From an uncultured virus (IMG/VR IMGVR_UViG_3300036766_002285) (lineage: Duplodnaviria; Heunggongvirae; Uroviricota; Caudoviricetes): a stretch of DNA of 64,000 nucleotides. The position numbers and the translations under genes were made by a program. Of the stretch, positions 39,301 to 49,237 are shown piece by piece. Position 1 is the first letter of the stretch. Each line of letters begins with the position of its first letter. The stretch lies in IMG/VR virus record IMGVR_UViG_3300036766_002285; one strand, given 5' to 3'. The notes beneath the pieces were generated by a model. It was not told the DNA's origin, ran no database searches, and saw only the letters and a program-made list of their open reading frames with translations.

Positions 39301-40619
39301 CCCACTTGTCCTAAGATGTTTTCTGACGTTAATTTGCCACAGGCGGTCCTAACTGCTTCTAGGGTCGTTACAGGCCCCACAAGGGTCGCAAGTGCCCTAC
39401 AGGATTCTATAGGGTCAGCCGTTAAGGCAGCTAGAAGCATAGAAATATGCAGGTCTGTTTTGGCAAGTTCTATTATAAGTGTTTCAACAACCACATTTGA
39501 AGGACCGCAAAATATAGGAGTAGTAGATATTGTATTACCATACAACTGAACCTCATAATGAGCTGCTATAGATCCATTTTGAATAGAATACATTAGTTTT
39601 GGTTTTTCTCCAACACATCCGGCCGCTATGTCAATTGGCATATCAGAAAAAGTTGCTGTCACCGTAAATAAGTTGTTTATCTTACCATTTGGCAGTGTTC
39701 CTTGTTTTTGTATTTTGATATGCACCTGTTGGCCGCCGGCAGCTATTAGTAGCTTTTTAGCATAAAGAATATTTGTATGGCTTTTACAAGAAACTTTTAA
39801 CTTGCTGCCAGTAGAAAGAGAACTTAGATCAGTTATTATTCCAGGTAACTTAGATAAGTTTCTAGCAAGTCTGTCTTGCAGTTTCAAGGTGTCTGGGAGC
39901 GGAGCTGTAAATTTTATGTTTTTTTCGTTACCGGCATTAATACCCACTTTGACTGCCTCTCGAACTAGTTCACGAGAAAGCTTGGTAAGATCTATTTTGT
40001 ATTCAGGATGCGCTGGAGAATTGATTAAATTTGCCTGCACATCTAAAATATGTTTCCCACCTAAGTGTTTAATTGCGATCGTCAGCGCTAAAGCAGGATC
40101 TGTACTTCTTGATATTTGGTCTAACATGGTTCGTCTGGCTAGTACACCAATATTTGCAAGTTTAGCAATACGACAGAAACGAGCTATCATCTGTTTATCT
40201 AGCTCAGACGCCCTGGCACCAAATTCGCCAATGATACAAGATCCTTCTGGTAATAGTTTTATATCATGAAACTGCAATATGTTAGGAGCCGGATGTCCGC
40301 GACGTTGTTCTACAACTATGGCCCCGCGTGGAATTTTTACTCCCGGCTTCATACTTACAGCCTGTCCGGTTATCTCATCTAGATACCACTGATTTAGTTT
40401 GGTTGGGCGGGTACGTCGACTCATCTTCTTGTCCAGCTCGGCTTCTTTTTTACGACCAGATTGTTTTGCACACGGACGTTTGCGGGAGTTCTTTTTAGGT
40501 CCATTCAAAAATATATCTGCATTGTTTTCAACGCACACGGCTTGGGTAGGCAGCTCTGCTTTAGTCTCTGCATGAAGTGCTGGTTCGCCTATTTTAATGA
40601 AATTTAAAGATTCTGGCAT
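36375..40619 (-). CDS. Fusion protein: unknown ~448-aa N-domain + cysteinyl-tRNA synthetase + glutamyl-tRNA synthetase
   Basis: CysRS (39275-~37917): CGPTVY, HIGH, PGWHSEC, FPHHENE, KMSKS. GluRS (~37775-36375): RFAPSPTG, HVGG, LRIEDTD, KLSKR. One uninterrupted frame. Confidence 0.92.
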   Translation of the reverse strand: MPESLNFIKIGEPALHAETKAELPTQAVCVENNADIFLNGPKKNSRKRPCAKQSGRKKEAELDKKMSRRTRPTKLNQWYLDEITGQAVSMKPGVKIPRGAIVVEQRRGHPAPNILQFHDIKLLPEGSCIIGEFGARASELDKQMIARFCRIAKLANIGVLARRTMLDQISRSTDPALALTIAIKHLGGKHILDVQANLINSPAHPEYKIDLTKLSRELVREAVKVGINAGNEKNIKFTAPLPDTLKLQDRLARNLSKLPGIITDLSSLSTGSKLKVSCKSHTNILYAKKLLIAAGGQQVHIKIQKQGTLPNGKINNLFTVTATFSDMPIDIAAGCVGEKPKLMYSIQNGSIAAHYEVQLYGNTISTTPIFCGPSNVVVETLIIELAKTDLHISMLLAALTADPIESCRALATLVGPVTTLEAVRTACGKLTSENILGQVGANTDTTKLMPVLSLYDTATQEIRELGCREPGKLGMYLCGPTVYGPPHIGHGRATIVYDILRRYMEWCGVEVRLVSNITDIDDKIIDRAQLEGRLWSEIASECEDVWFETMGKLGVKKPTDIDTPHATEYVEQMVEMIEKLVEGKFAYLTCDGVYMDITTVSDYGLLALQSLDDMLSNGEREVLGVAAKRNTADFALWKFSKPGEPAWTSPWGDGRPGWHSECVVMSLELLGENFDLHCGGEDLRFPHHENERAQAVALNKVFAQHWMHHAFVVDTTGVKMSKSLGNVTNLVDLIEHYDPRAFRIILLQSHYRSPVKIGQDTIDAACRSLANLDAFVSRMVNLDKIAPDQSVLTKFRELMNNDLDTPGAVAHIFEAISQANTALDRGNKVQAASLAAAVIELFGAVGLVLGQTDEIDEVVKQRAADLDAARSAKDFASADAIRMELQEAGFIVETTKEGTHVSAQSHYKSPVKVRQDAIDAVTESHANLDTFAVQMAKLNKIAPSQSDAHRYRFAPSPTGFFHVGGGRTALYNWILALQNDGVFVLRIEDTDESRNHPQWTQGILDALAWLGIDSSDPHFEGPYFQSSFAAAHVEAAEALFASGHAYYYDLTSIQVQERAKASGLNGYDDYSRDLGLGPGPGRVLRFRVPVGLTVIRDIVRGDVTFANDTIEDFVLLRSNGTPVFLLANVVDDIAMNITDVVRAEEHLSNTPKQQMLWNALGAPLPTWAHVPVLVNKEHKKLSKRRDKVAVKQYRSEGVLPQAMISYLMTLGWAPSGDSEIVPWSSIVDEFRLEDVNHSPAFFDVKKMNAFNGEYIRALSLEDFIEACQSVLGSENVPWPAHRFDAAVFRAMAPLVQTRVAVLAEVPALVDFLFMAEPIIDGDAFTKAFNTKWARPTLIEIAARFEKCEWTADALKTEVEAVGMQHDVKLGKLQAPLRVAITGRSIGAPLFEPIELLGRDESLRRVNSAVQRAAR
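37782..38378 (-). repeat. 129-nt internal duplication (38250-38378 and 37782-37910)
   Basis: QSHYRSPVKIGQDTIDAACRSLANLDAFVSRMVNLDKIAPDQS vs QSHYKSPVKVRQDAIDAVTESHANLDTFAVQMAKLNKIAPSQS. Confidence 0.9.
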
Positions 40620-40779
40620 AGGTTCTCTTTTTTATGTCTCAAGTCAGACATTACTTTCTCCTTTCTTGTCTAAGTACTCTAAAGGGCCTTTGTCTAAAAA
40701 CAAGCTACGCCCGGCTGTTTTATAGTTTAAACGCTTGTGCTCTTATCTAGGGCGCTTATAGTATACTGAAAGGAGAACA

Positions 40780-41406
40780 ATGAATATAACAAAACTTAAC
40801 GTTGAGCAGATCTTAGAAAATGCTGACTTATGTAAGGATTTTAATGGCGTAGATTTAAGCGAGTTAAATCTCAGAGGTATAAAGCTTAGTGAAGCCAATT
40901 TATCTGGTGTAAACTTGTGCCGCACAGACCTATCTAAAGCCGACCTATACAAAGTAAATCTCAGTCGTGCTACTTTAGATAAGGCGTCATTCACACTCGC
41001 CAATCTTAATTATGCACTCTTTACTGCAGCGTCGCTGTCAAAAACAGATTTTAGAGCTGCTCACCTCTATAAAGCAGACTTTGAGGGGAGCATTGCAACG
41101 TCTGCAAAATTTACTGGCGCAGATCTTGAAAGCGCTAATTTTGAAGGTGCCGACCTTAGTTTCACTTTATTTGATAAAGCGTATCTTTTATATGCCAATT
41201 TATCTAAAGCTAATCTAAAACAAGCTTTTATGCTGGGAGCCGATTTTACTTCGGCTGATTTAACTGGAGCTAATCTTCATGGTGCTGATTTAACAGGTTG
41301 TAATCTTCAAGGTGCAAACTTAACCGGCGCACAGCTTTTTGAAACCATCCTTGCCTATACAAATCTAACCAAAACAATAATGCCAGATGGAAGCATTCAT
41401 GAGTAA
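40780..41406 (+). CDS. Pentapeptide-repeat protein (array 5)
   Basis: Rfr repeats, SD AAGGAG, tail TIMPDGSIHE. Confidence 0.9.
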   Translation: MNITKLNVEQILENADLCKDFNGVDLSELNLRGIKLSEANLSGVNLCRTDLSKADLYKVNLSRATLDKASFTLANLNYALFTAASLSKTDFRAAHLYKADFEGSIATSAKFTGADLESANFEGADLSFTLFDKAYLLYANLSKANLKQAFMLGADFTSADLTGANLHGADLTGCNLQGANLTGAQLFETILAYTNLTKTIMPDGSIHE

Positions 41407-42016
41407 AAATATTAGTTTGAAACACAATGACCGAAAAATTGTCGAATTTAATGACAAATATGGTAATAAAAAGTTTTTAATTTGTGGCAATGTCTCTGCA
41501 TCCAACGTAACAAACCCTTCGTCTGCTACTACCTTTATTATAGATCGTCTTGAGGATATTGATTTAAAACGACCATGGCCTATTGCACATATAGACTTAA
41601 GACAAGTAACGTTCGACTTGACAGATCTTAGTGGCACGCGTTTCCATAGTGTAAACTTTGAAGGAGCATCCTTGCGTGGGACTAATCTGCAGGCGTCTAT
41701 TTTAACTAACGCAAACCTACAAGGCGCCGACATGTCTCAAGCAAATCTCAGGGACGCTGATCTTGATGATGCAAACTTACAAAAAGCAAATTTCTATCAA
41801 GCTGATCTAGCGTATGCAGATCTGGGGGACGCGAACCTTCAAAAAGCAAATTTTATTGAAGCTAACCTAACACATGCCCATTTGTGGGGGATAGATTTTA
41901 ATGGAGCCAATTTTTCTTCTGCCAATCTTTATGGTTCAGAGTTAGATTTTGATGTTGATTTCTTATGTGCGACATTTGCAGGTGCTACCATGCCAGACGG
42001 GAGTATTCATGAGTAA
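41399..42016 (+). CDS. Pentapeptide-repeat protein (array 5) with extended non-repeat N-terminus
   Basis: Start inside the upstream tail; tail ATMPDGSIHE. Confidence 0.9.
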   Translation: MSKNISLKHNDRKIVEFNDKYGNKKFLICGNVSASNVTNPSSATTFIIDRLEDIDLKRPWPIAHIDLRQVTFDLTDLSGTRFHSVNFEGASLRGTNLQASILTNANLQGADMSQANLRDADLDDANLQKANFYQADLAYADLGDANLQKANFIEANLTHAHLWGIDFNGANFSSANLYGSELDFDVDFLCATFAGATMPDGSIHE

Positions 42017-42971
42017 AAGTAATCTATCTAGAGAACAAGTATTAGCAAGACATGCGACCGGAAAAGGTCTCACCAAAATGGATTTATGCGGGCTAAACTT
42101 GGCTCATTGTTCTTTGAATAAAGCGGATTTCCATGAGTCTCTAATGAACGATATTGTTTTCGTGGAGTCTAATCTTGAATATGCTGATTTTTCGCACACT
42201 AAATTAAACAGTTCTAATTTTGATAACACCCATTTAATCCACGCAAATTTTAAAGGATCTGAGCTAGCTAAAAGTACTTTTATTCGCGCACGAGCAGATC
42301 ATATGAATTGCATGGGCGCAGATCTGACCTCAGCCAATTTATCTGGAGCAATTATGATAGGAGCTAGTTTTGTAGATGCCGAAATGCCTCACGTCAATTT
42401 AACTAGAGTTGAGGCCACACATGCAGCTTTTACTGGCGCTAACTTAACTGATGCAAATATAGCTGGATTCGGAAAATATTCTGCTTATTTTTATCAGGTC
42501 TATTTTATTAAGACCAATCTAACAAGAGCTGACCTGCAAGGAGCTTTCTTATTTGAAGCAAGCTTCAATCAGGCTAACCTTACCTATGTAAATCTAACTG
42601 GTGCTAATTTAATACGTGCTGACCTTTCTCAAGCAAATATGTCACGAGCTAATCTTGAACGCGCATATATGCAAGGCGCTAACTTGTTTGGTGTTAACTT
42701 GTCTATGGCAAACTTTAATGGGGCGAATTTGAGAGATGCGGATTTAAGGTTCACTAATTTATGCAATTGTGTCTTTACGAATTCAAGTCTAAGTGATGCT
42801 GACTTACGAGGTGCTAATTTGTATGGTGCTGACTTTACTAATACAAACTTAAGCGGTGCTGACTTTACCGGTAGCCAATGTGAAAATACTTGTTGGGACG
42901 GCGCCCTATTTGAAAATACTATTATGTCTGATGGGACTATAAGAAACAGCGCCGACAAGGACGAAAGCTAA
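42009..42971 (+). CDS. Long pentapeptide-repeat protein (array 5)
   Basis: Start inside the upstream tail after GGGAG; tail TIMSDG. Confidence 0.9.
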   Translation: MSKSNLSREQVLARHATGKGLTKMDLCGLNLAHCSLNKADFHESLMNDIVFVESNLEYADFSHTKLNSSNFDNTHLIHANFKGSELAKSTFIRARADHMNCMGADLTSANLSGAIMIGASFVDAEMPHVNLTRVEATHAAFTGANLTDANIAGFGKYSAYFYQVYFIKTNLTRADLQGAFLFEASFNQANLTYVNLTGANLIRADLSQANMSRANLERAYMQGANLFGVNLSMANFNGANLRDADLRFTNLCNCVFTNSSLSDADLRGANLYGADFTNTNLSGADFTGSQCENTCWDGALFENTIMSDGTIRNSADKDES

Positions 42972-42972
42972 T

Positions 42973-43257
42973 ATGCGTAGTATTATAGTAACCACTGTGA
43001 AAAATAATGAGACGTTTATCTACACTTTTGAGGTAGACAGCTGGATGACTAGCTGTACAGTGCAGCGGATCGATGTAGATACAGAAACATTTGCTAGTAT
43101 CTTTAATACTATAGAAATACACTCGTCAACAAGCATACCTACGGATGTTAAAATCGGTCAAAATTTCACATTTGAGGTATTGGCTGGCTACAATAATGAT
43201 CGACCGCACGTTGTGTTAGCTGGTTCAGTCGTTTCTGTTGATCAAAAAGAGCTGTAA
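42973..43257 (+). CDS. Hypothetical beta-rich protein within PRP operon
   Basis: Abuts both neighbours (1-2 nt gaps). Confidence 0.6.
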   Translation: MRSIIVTTVKNNETFIYTFEVDSWMTSCTVQRIDVDTETFASIFNTIEIHSSTSIPTDVKIGQNFTFEVLAGYNNDRPHVVLAGSVVSVDQKEL

Positions 43258-43259
43258 AC

Positions 43260-43715
43260 GTGGGTGCGCTAAATAGACAAGAAGTCATAGCAAGACTACA
43301 AAACAGAGATACCCTAGCTAGAGCCGACTTAACTTGTGTGGATTTGAGCGATTTAGATCTAAGAGAAGTTAATCTGTATCAAACAAACCTTAAGAACGCT
43401 AACTTGAACAGATCTGACCTATCCCATAGTGTGCTGTGGAGAGCGAGCCTTAATAAAGCAACATTGCATGGAACCAATCTATCATATACCATTTTAAGCG
43501 GGGCATATCTTCATAATGCCGAACTACCCCATGCGAATCTAAAATATGCAAACTTAACCGACGCTAATTTATGTGGGGCTGATTTAATGTACGCAGACCT
43601 CTCATATGCAGACCTGTCAGGTGCTGATTTAACTGGAGCCCATATATTTGGAACAATATTTGATAATACTATTTTGACTAACACGCTTATGACTAATGGC
43701 CTGGTCCTAGAGTAG
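43260..43715 (+). CDS. Pentapeptide-repeat protein (array 5)
   Basis: Rfr repeats, tail TLMTNG. Confidence 0.9.
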   Translation: MGALNRQEVIARLQNRDTLARADLTCVDLSDLDLREVNLYQTNLKNANLNRSDLSHSVLWRASLNKATLHGTNLSYTILSGAYLHNAELPHANLKYANLTDANLCGADLMYADLSYADLSGADLTGAHIFGTIFDNTILTNTLMTNGLVLE

Positions 43716-43779
43716 TAAATGCCTCCAAACTAAAGTCGCACAATTGGCCCCTATAGTAGACTTATATCAAAGGAGCAGC

Positions 43780-44841
43780 ATGACTAACCAGGATAGTAAA
43801 TGTAAAAATATTGAGATTCTAGTATCGCAAGGCTCAGATCTTGCTGGGTCAAAATTGGCCGGTGCTAATTTGTTTAAAGCGAACCTTAAAGGTGCGAAGT
43901 TGTCGAAATCTGATCTAAAAGAGATAAACCTTGAAAAAGCTAACCTAAAATATGCTGACTTAAGTGGCTGTGACCTGCGTGGTGCTGATTTAAGAGAAGC
44001 TAACTTTAAGTGCGCAAACCTATCTTTTGCTAATTTAACCAATGCAGTTTTAGATAATGCCTATATGGACCAAGCGGATTTAAGAGGAGCTATGTTTGTT
44101 GATGCCGCTTTGAGTGCGGTATCTTTTATAGGCGCCAAACTGCAACAGGCCAACTTTGAGGGAGCTGATTTGAGAAACGCAAATTTTTTTCACACAGACC
44201 TGACAAATGTAACCTTGACCGGTGCTGACTTGTTGGGGGCAACGTTGTGCGGGGCTAATTTAGCTCATTGTGGGCTCGATGGCGTATATTTTTATGACAC
44301 TCGTCTTGACAAAACAGATTTTAAAAATCTTGATTTACGTAAAGTATCTTTTGAACGTGCTTCAGTTAAAAATGCAGATTTTAGCTGTGCAAATCTTAGA
44401 GGCGTGAATCTTTACAAAGCAAATCTTGAGGGTTCTCTCTTTATTAACGCTAACTTGGACATTGCTACTCTTATGAGTGCTCAAATGATGGGTGCGAATC
44501 TGACCGGTGCTACCCTTCGACAAGCGGACTTGCGGGGCGCAGACCTAAGTAAAGCAAATCTAAATGTAGCTGATATGTTTGGAGCAAACCTTGCTAGTGT
44601 TGTGTTGGCGGGAGCTAATCTTAGATCTGCAAACTTAGAGGAGGCTGATTTAACTAATGTCGATCTAAAAGGTGCTAATCTTAGATGCGCTAATTTACAA
44701 AAAGCTATTTGTATTGAAACAGATTTCAGTGGTGCTGATTTGACTGGAGCAAATTTATTAGGCGCGAACGCTACTTTGGCAAACTGTAGGGGTGCTATTC
44801 TCGATAGTGTTATTTTGCCAGACGGAACTGTCTATAAATAG
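43780..44841 (+). CDS. Long pentapeptide-repeat protein (array 5)
   Basis: Rfr repeats, SD AAGGAG before ATG 43780, tail VILPDG. Confidence 0.9.
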   Translation: MTNQDSKCKNIEILVSQGSDLAGSKLAGANLFKANLKGAKLSKSDLKEINLEKANLKYADLSGCDLRGADLREANFKCANLSFANLTNAVLDNAYMDQADLRGAMFVDAALSAVSFIGAKLQQANFEGADLRNANFFHTDLTNVTLTGADLLGATLCGANLAHCGLDGVYFYDTRLDKTDFKNLDLRKVSFERASVKNADFSCANLRGVNLYKANLEGSLFINANLDIATLMSAQMMGANLTGATLRQADLRGADLSKANLNVADMFGANLASVVLAGANLRSANLEEADLTNVDLKGANLRCANLQKAICIETDFSGADLTGANLLGANATLANCRGAILDSVILPDGTVYK

Positions 44842-44978
44842 AACCATACCTCCGATTTAGATGCTTATAGTAGATCTAATATAGTTAACTTGTAATATCG
44901 ATGTAATTTTTTGGTAACATTTGTATAAATAGCTAGTTATAGTGTAGCGCTTTGCTAACAGCACGTAACAATGTTAGT

Positions 44979-45506
44979 ATGCCCTCGGAAAACAATACTA
45001 TTATTACTAAACATAAATTTCTAACAATAATACTAGCAACAATGCTAGCGGCTTGCTTATTTTATATTGTAATGCCTGTAGTAGTTCATAGTGTAAGACC
45101 AAATTTATGCGGGGGCTGGGAAAACCGGCCGGTTCAAATAGAACCTATAAAATATTCAGATATCGAAATTTTGCGTAAAACGACTACCGTAGTCCATTTT
45201 CCTAGAATGCTGGCTACCGTATTACCAGCACGAGGGATATCTGTGCCTGGAGTGGTGGCTGTTATAGATAATATAGACACAAAAGCCAGGGAATATTTAT
45301 TAATACACGAAATGGTTCACCAGTATCAGTATAAACGTGACGGAAAATTTGCATTCATGCTAAAATATACAGTAGACTTTCATAGAGGACTAATTCGTGG
45401 ATGCTCGTTTTCTAAAGCATACAGAGCTATTTACTATGAAATTGAGGCTGATGAAGTAGCGCACTACGCAGTAGTAAGTCGCTGTAATGTTAGTATATGG
45501 TGTTAA
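44979..45506 (+). CDS. Membrane-anchored HExxH metallopeptidase-like protein (DUF4157-like)
   Basis: N-terminal TM; LIHEMVHQYQY...YEIEA. Confidence 0.65.
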   Translation: MPSENNTIITKHKFLTIILATMLAACLFYIVMPVVVHSVRPNLCGGWENRPVQIEPIKYSDIEILRKTTTVVHFPRMLATVLPARGISVPGVVAVIDNIDTKAREYLLIHEMVHQYQYKRDGKFAFMLKYTVDFHRGLIRGCSFSKAYRAIYYEIEADEVAHYAVVSRCNVSIWC

Positions 45507-45534
45507 GAGTTTATTGCGGCCGTACTTATTATAT

Positions 45535-46035
45535 TTATTTTTTAGTAGCTTGTTGCAGATGAAGGCAGAAAGCTTTTTGCTTATCTGAAAGAATGACATC
45601 TGTTAGATTTGTCATTTGTAAACTTGTGTTATATAATAGCGCTGAATCTAGATTTGCCGAAGTTAAATTTGCTGCACACAAATTAGCGTTACTTAAATCA
45701 GCTTCAGTTAAATTCGCTCCTGTAAGGTCAGCGCCAAAAAAATTAGCAACACACAGCAGTGCTTTGGTCAAGTTTGCTGAAGTCAAGATGGCGAGCGTTA
45801 AATTAGCACAGTTCAACCTAGCTCCCGTTAGGTTTACGTTAGTTAAATTAGCGTAGCTAAGATTTACACGATATAAGTCTGCACCCTCTAAATTTGCTCC
45901 TCTAAAATCCGCATAAGAGAGATCTCTTTCTGCCCATGATTTGTCCCATGATAGTTCCTGTGTGTTACCCTTACGATCAATATATTTCACATTTTCTTTT
46001 AATTTAGGAAGAGCATGCTTTTTATTTTTTGTCAT
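45535..46035 (-). CDS. Pentapeptide-repeat protein, second N-cap type
   Basis: [14 protein letters not shown] cap then Rfr repeats; no MPDG tail. Confidence 0.9.
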   Translation of the reverse strand: MTKNKKHALPKLKENVKYIDRKGNTQELSWDKSWAERDLSYADFRGANLEGADLYRVNLSYANLTNVNLTGARLNCANLTLAILTSANLTKALLCVANFFGADLTGANLTEADLSNANLCAANLTSANLDSALLYNTSLQMTNLTDVILSDKQKAFCLHLQQATKK

Positions 46036-46424
46036 TTTATTTCTCCTCTACGATCAGCGTCTTGCAGGTGACACGGGCCTATAACTGTAGCCCATGGTCC
46101 CGTCACTAGATCATAGGCATCTTGATCGATTTTAGCACCAGGTGTGCCTATAAGGTCATGCATTGATAAAGCGTTTATGGTCCAAGTTACAATATCTTCG
46201 CTTTGATATGAAGCCGGCCACATTTGTTGCCGAGCTGCTCTGAGCGCCATTATTTCACTTTCGGTAAGATTTTTAGCACGGTTGTTTAGTGCAACCATCG
46301 CCTCTTGAGTTTTAAAAGTTAACTTAGGATCTTCTGTCTGCCCTGCGGCATTAAGTACATGAGTCCAGCTGCCAGTTAATATAAGATTGACTACTTCGCG
46401 ATTAGAAATGTTATCTATTAACAT
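46032..46424 (-). CDS. Hypothetical protein
   Basis: SD AAGGAG; overlaps the next gene (ATGA). Confidence 0.65.
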   Translation of the reverse strand: MLIDNISNREVVNLILTGSWTHVLNAAGQTEDPKLTFKTQEAMVALNNRAKNLTESEIMALRAARQQMWPASYQSEDIVTWTINALSMHDLIGTPGAKIDQDAYDLVTGPWATVIGPCHLQDADRRGEIK

Positions 46425-46468
46425 GCTAACTCCTTTATTGTTAGTATATAACTATAGCGGCTGGTACT

Positions 46469-47299
46469 CTAAACGGTAGTTTTACTTAAAATCTTATAAG
46501 TTTCTTCTTTTGTTATATTCAAAGAGGTAACTGTACACTCTGGTAAATTAAGTACTGCTATACCGTAAAATACAGATTCGGAGCCGAGGCCATGTACTTT
46601 AAGTTTTATGCCACGTACCATAGCGTTGGTCTGATGTCGTATATGCCAGTGGCCGTGTATGAGAAGTTTTGGCCGCAATGTTACTACTGCGTCATCTATT
46701 AGAGTTCTCATTTTATAGGCTTCTTTAACTAAAAGCGGTGGACGGTGTTTGCCATCTCCTAGCAAATTCACACTAGTAATCACATCATGAGTTACTAGAA
46801 TATCAAGTCCGTCTGCAGAAGCAAGTTTTAACTTATCAAGCTGTTGTAGTGTGAGAGTTTCTTGTGGCCACCAAGATTTTCCTTCGATACGATCGTTTCT
46901 GTCCATACTGACTGCGCCGCCTAAAAACCCAATACGAATGCCCGCTATAGTGGTTACAGACCCGCGATTCCACCAATGCACATTTGGACGCACTAGAATA
47001 GAGCCATCAGGTGCCCTGTCTGCTTCTTTTTCAAAAAGATCTAACTGATCAAAATCTTCATGATTTCCGTCAATAAAGTCAAAACGTATACCATAAGCTA
47101 AGCTTAAAGAGTTTATCTCATTTAAAAGCTGAAAACCTTTACCGACTGGCAGTACCCCAAGATCTCCGAGTTGTAAAATCCTAGATATTCCTTGACTGCG
47201 GGCCAATTCAAAGGCGGCTCTTATATATTGTACTTTACCCTGTATATCGCCTATAAGTAAAATACGTTCACTTAATTGCGTACCGGTGCTAGTTAACAT
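46469..47299 (-). CDS. Calcineurin-like metallophosphoesterase
   Basis: GDIQG, QLGD, GNHED, VTHD, HGHWH. Confidence 0.88.
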   Translation of the reverse strand: MLTSTGTQLSERILLIGDIQGKVQYIRAAFELARSQGISRILQLGDLGVLPVGKGFQLLNEINSLSLAYGIRFDFIDGNHEDFDQLDLFEKEADRAPDGSILVRPNVHWWNRGSVTTIAGIRIGFLGGAVSMDRNDRIEGKSWWPQETLTLQQLDKLKLASADGLDILVTHDVITSVNLLGDGKHRPPLLVKEAYKMRTLIDDAVVTLRPKLLIHGHWHIRHQTNAMVRGIKLKVHGLGSESVFYGIAVLNLPECTVTSLNITKEETYKILSKTTV

Positions 47300-47469
47300 G
47301 TTTATTATTGTGACTGGGGTCTCTACAGTAGCACAGACGGCTGCTTTAGTTTCTTAGTTTATCTGCCATTTGACAGCAATATAGGCAAAAACGGTCAGAC
47401 GAACATTGTGGGCTGTATACTTGGATTCGATATTTATATTTTATCTTTGACTGTACTTTATACTAAAAC

Positions 47470-47497
47470 TTGACGTATCGACAGTAGTATGCACAGT
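47470..47497 (+). promoter_or_regulatory. Promoter TTGACG-N16-CACAGT, 7 nt before the ftsH ATG (leaderless)
   Basis: Spacing matches a SigA-type promoter; no SD before the ATG. Confidence 0.55.
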
Positions 47498-47504
47498 TGT
47501 CTAG

Positions 47505-49136
47505 ATGGCCTCCATATTTGCACTCTCCGCTGGGCACACCAAAACGATGTACATTGTAATCGCAGTAGTAGGTGTCTTATATCTTCTTAAAAAGTTCGCT
47601 AAAGATCCTGGTCCGGTTGTTGTATCGAAAAATCCTGAGGTTACTTTTGCAAATGTTGCTGGCTGTCAAGAAGCTATTGAAGACCTGGCAGATATTGTGA
47701 ACTATCTAAAAAATCCTAAAAAATATGAAAAACTAGGAGCCATACCGCCCAAAGGCGCTTTGTTGAGTGGACCGCCAGGAGTAGGGAAAACTTTACTAGC
47801 CAGAGCAGTCGCAACAGAAGCGGGAGTACCTTTTATAGCATGCACCGGTTCAGATTTTGTTCAAGAATTTGTAGGTATAGGATCCAAACGAATTCGTGAA
47901 CTATTTGTTCAAGCCAGAACTCATAAAAAAGTTATCATTTTTATAGATGAGATTGATGCACTAGCGCGCAAAAGAGGGTCAGGCGGACCTGAGGACGCAA
48001 GCACTCCTCGAGGCAATGCAGAGCATGATAATACTCTAGTAGCATTACTGTCTGAAATAGATGGTTTTACCGTTAATAATGATATTGTGGTACTAGCCGC
48101 TACTAATAGACCTGATGTCTTAGATCCGGCTTTAACTAGACCGGGACGCCTGGACCGTATGATTACTGTAAGTCTGCCTGATATTAAAGGCCGTTTAGAA
48201 CTATTTCATGTACATACAAAAAAGAAACCTATGGAAAAAGATGTGAATTTAACAGAGCTTGCCGCTATCACTGGCGGAATGAGTGGGGCGGACATAGCTC
48301 GAGTATGCAATGAAGCAGCATTGTTTGCTGCCGGACAAAATGCTACAAAAATTTCTATGGCGTTTTTGAATCAGGCAGTTGAATATGTGGTTCTGGGCAG
48401 ACCACGGCTTAGTGCTGTAGTGACTAAGCGTGATAGAGAGATTGTTGCTTGGCACGAAGCAGGCCATGCTTTAACTGCAGCTCTTTTAGATGATGCCGAA
48501 ATGCCTATTTTAATATCTATTGTCCCAAGAGGAGTAGCTGGTGGGGTAACTATGATGAAACACCCGGAACATAACTTACTATCTTTGCAACAAGCCGAAG
48601 CGCGCCTGATTGTGGCCTTGGGAGGTAGAGCAGCTGAACAAGTGCACATGTCAGGAGAATTCACCCAAGGAGCAGCAGCCGACCTTTTAACAGCGACCCA
48701 GATAGCTACAGCCATGGTGTCCCAATATGGGATGACCTCAAGGGGCTTGTCTGTGCGTAGTCACTCTGTGTTTCATGCAACAGATATAGCGACCCAAGAA
48801 GTTATAGAAACATTGTTAGAAACAGCCTACAATAATGCTGTGGCACTTTTAACTGACAATCCTAAAGCTCTAGAGCGTTTAGTAGCAGCGCTTCTAAAAA
48901 ATGATACTTTGCGGGGACCAGAAATTCATAAAGCTATTGCTAAAACTAATGTTACGGCTAAACTTATGCGGGTGTCTGATAGTAAAAAACGCAGTAAAGA
49001 AGGTACAGATGCAGCACATGAGACATTGGTCTCTAGTGACGTTAAAGTATTTCAACCGCAAAGAAAGGTTTCTGTGCGTGAAAAAATTCTAGCTATTCTA
49101 TTAGATCGGGTTAGAAGGCGGAGCCGTCAGAGCTAG
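47505..49136 (+). CDS. ftsH: FtsH-like AAA+ zinc protease (single TM, short N-terminus)
   Basis: Walker A GPPGVGKT, Walker B IIFIDEID, SRH TNRPDVLDPALTRPGRLDR, HEAGH. Confidence 0.93.
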   Translation: MASIFALSAGHTKTMYIVIAVVGVLYLLKKFAKDPGPVVVSKNPEVTFANVAGCQEAIEDLADIVNYLKNPKKYEKLGAIPPKGALLSGPPGVGKTLLARAVATEAGVPFIACTGSDFVQEFVGIGSKRIRELFVQARTHKKVIIFIDEIDALARKRGSGGPEDASTPRGNAEHDNTLVALLSEIDGFTVNNDIVVLAATNRPDVLDPALTRPGRLDRMITVSLPDIKGRLELFHVHTKKKPMEKDVNLTELAAITGGMSGADIARVCNEAALFAAGQNATKISMAFLNQAVEYVVLGRPRLSAVVTKRDREIVAWHEAGHALTAALLDDAEMPILISIVPRGVAGGVTMMKHPEHNLLSLQQAEARLIVALGGRAAEQVHMSGEFTQGAAADLLTATQIATAMVSQYGMTSRGLSVRSHSVFHATDIATQEVIETLLETAYNNAVALLTDNPKALERLVAALLKNDTLRGPEIHKAIAKTNVTAKLMRVSDSKKRSKEGTDAAHETLVSSDVKVFQPQRKVSVREKILAILLDRVRRRSRQS

Positions 49137-49200
49137 TTTCTAAAGGTTGCAATTTTTGTGGACTGCCTTTGCTGTCAATATACTTTATGTTTTCTCTCAC
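49111..49200 (-). pseudogene. Remnant 5' end of a second-cap-type PRP gene
   Basis: SD AAGGAG + GTG; MRENIKYIDSKGSPQKL matches [16 protein letters not shown] of 45535..46035, then runs into the ftsH 3' end. Confidence 0.6.
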
Positions 49201-49237
49201 ATTATTCTCCTTGTAGTGATCGCTCTATTTTCGCGCC

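Noticed and set aside
7851..44841. Diversity-generating retroelement driving PRP variation
   Set aside because: No reverse transcriptase in the window and no TR/VR pair differing only at adenines; the closest repeats differ at synonymous C/T and G/A sites
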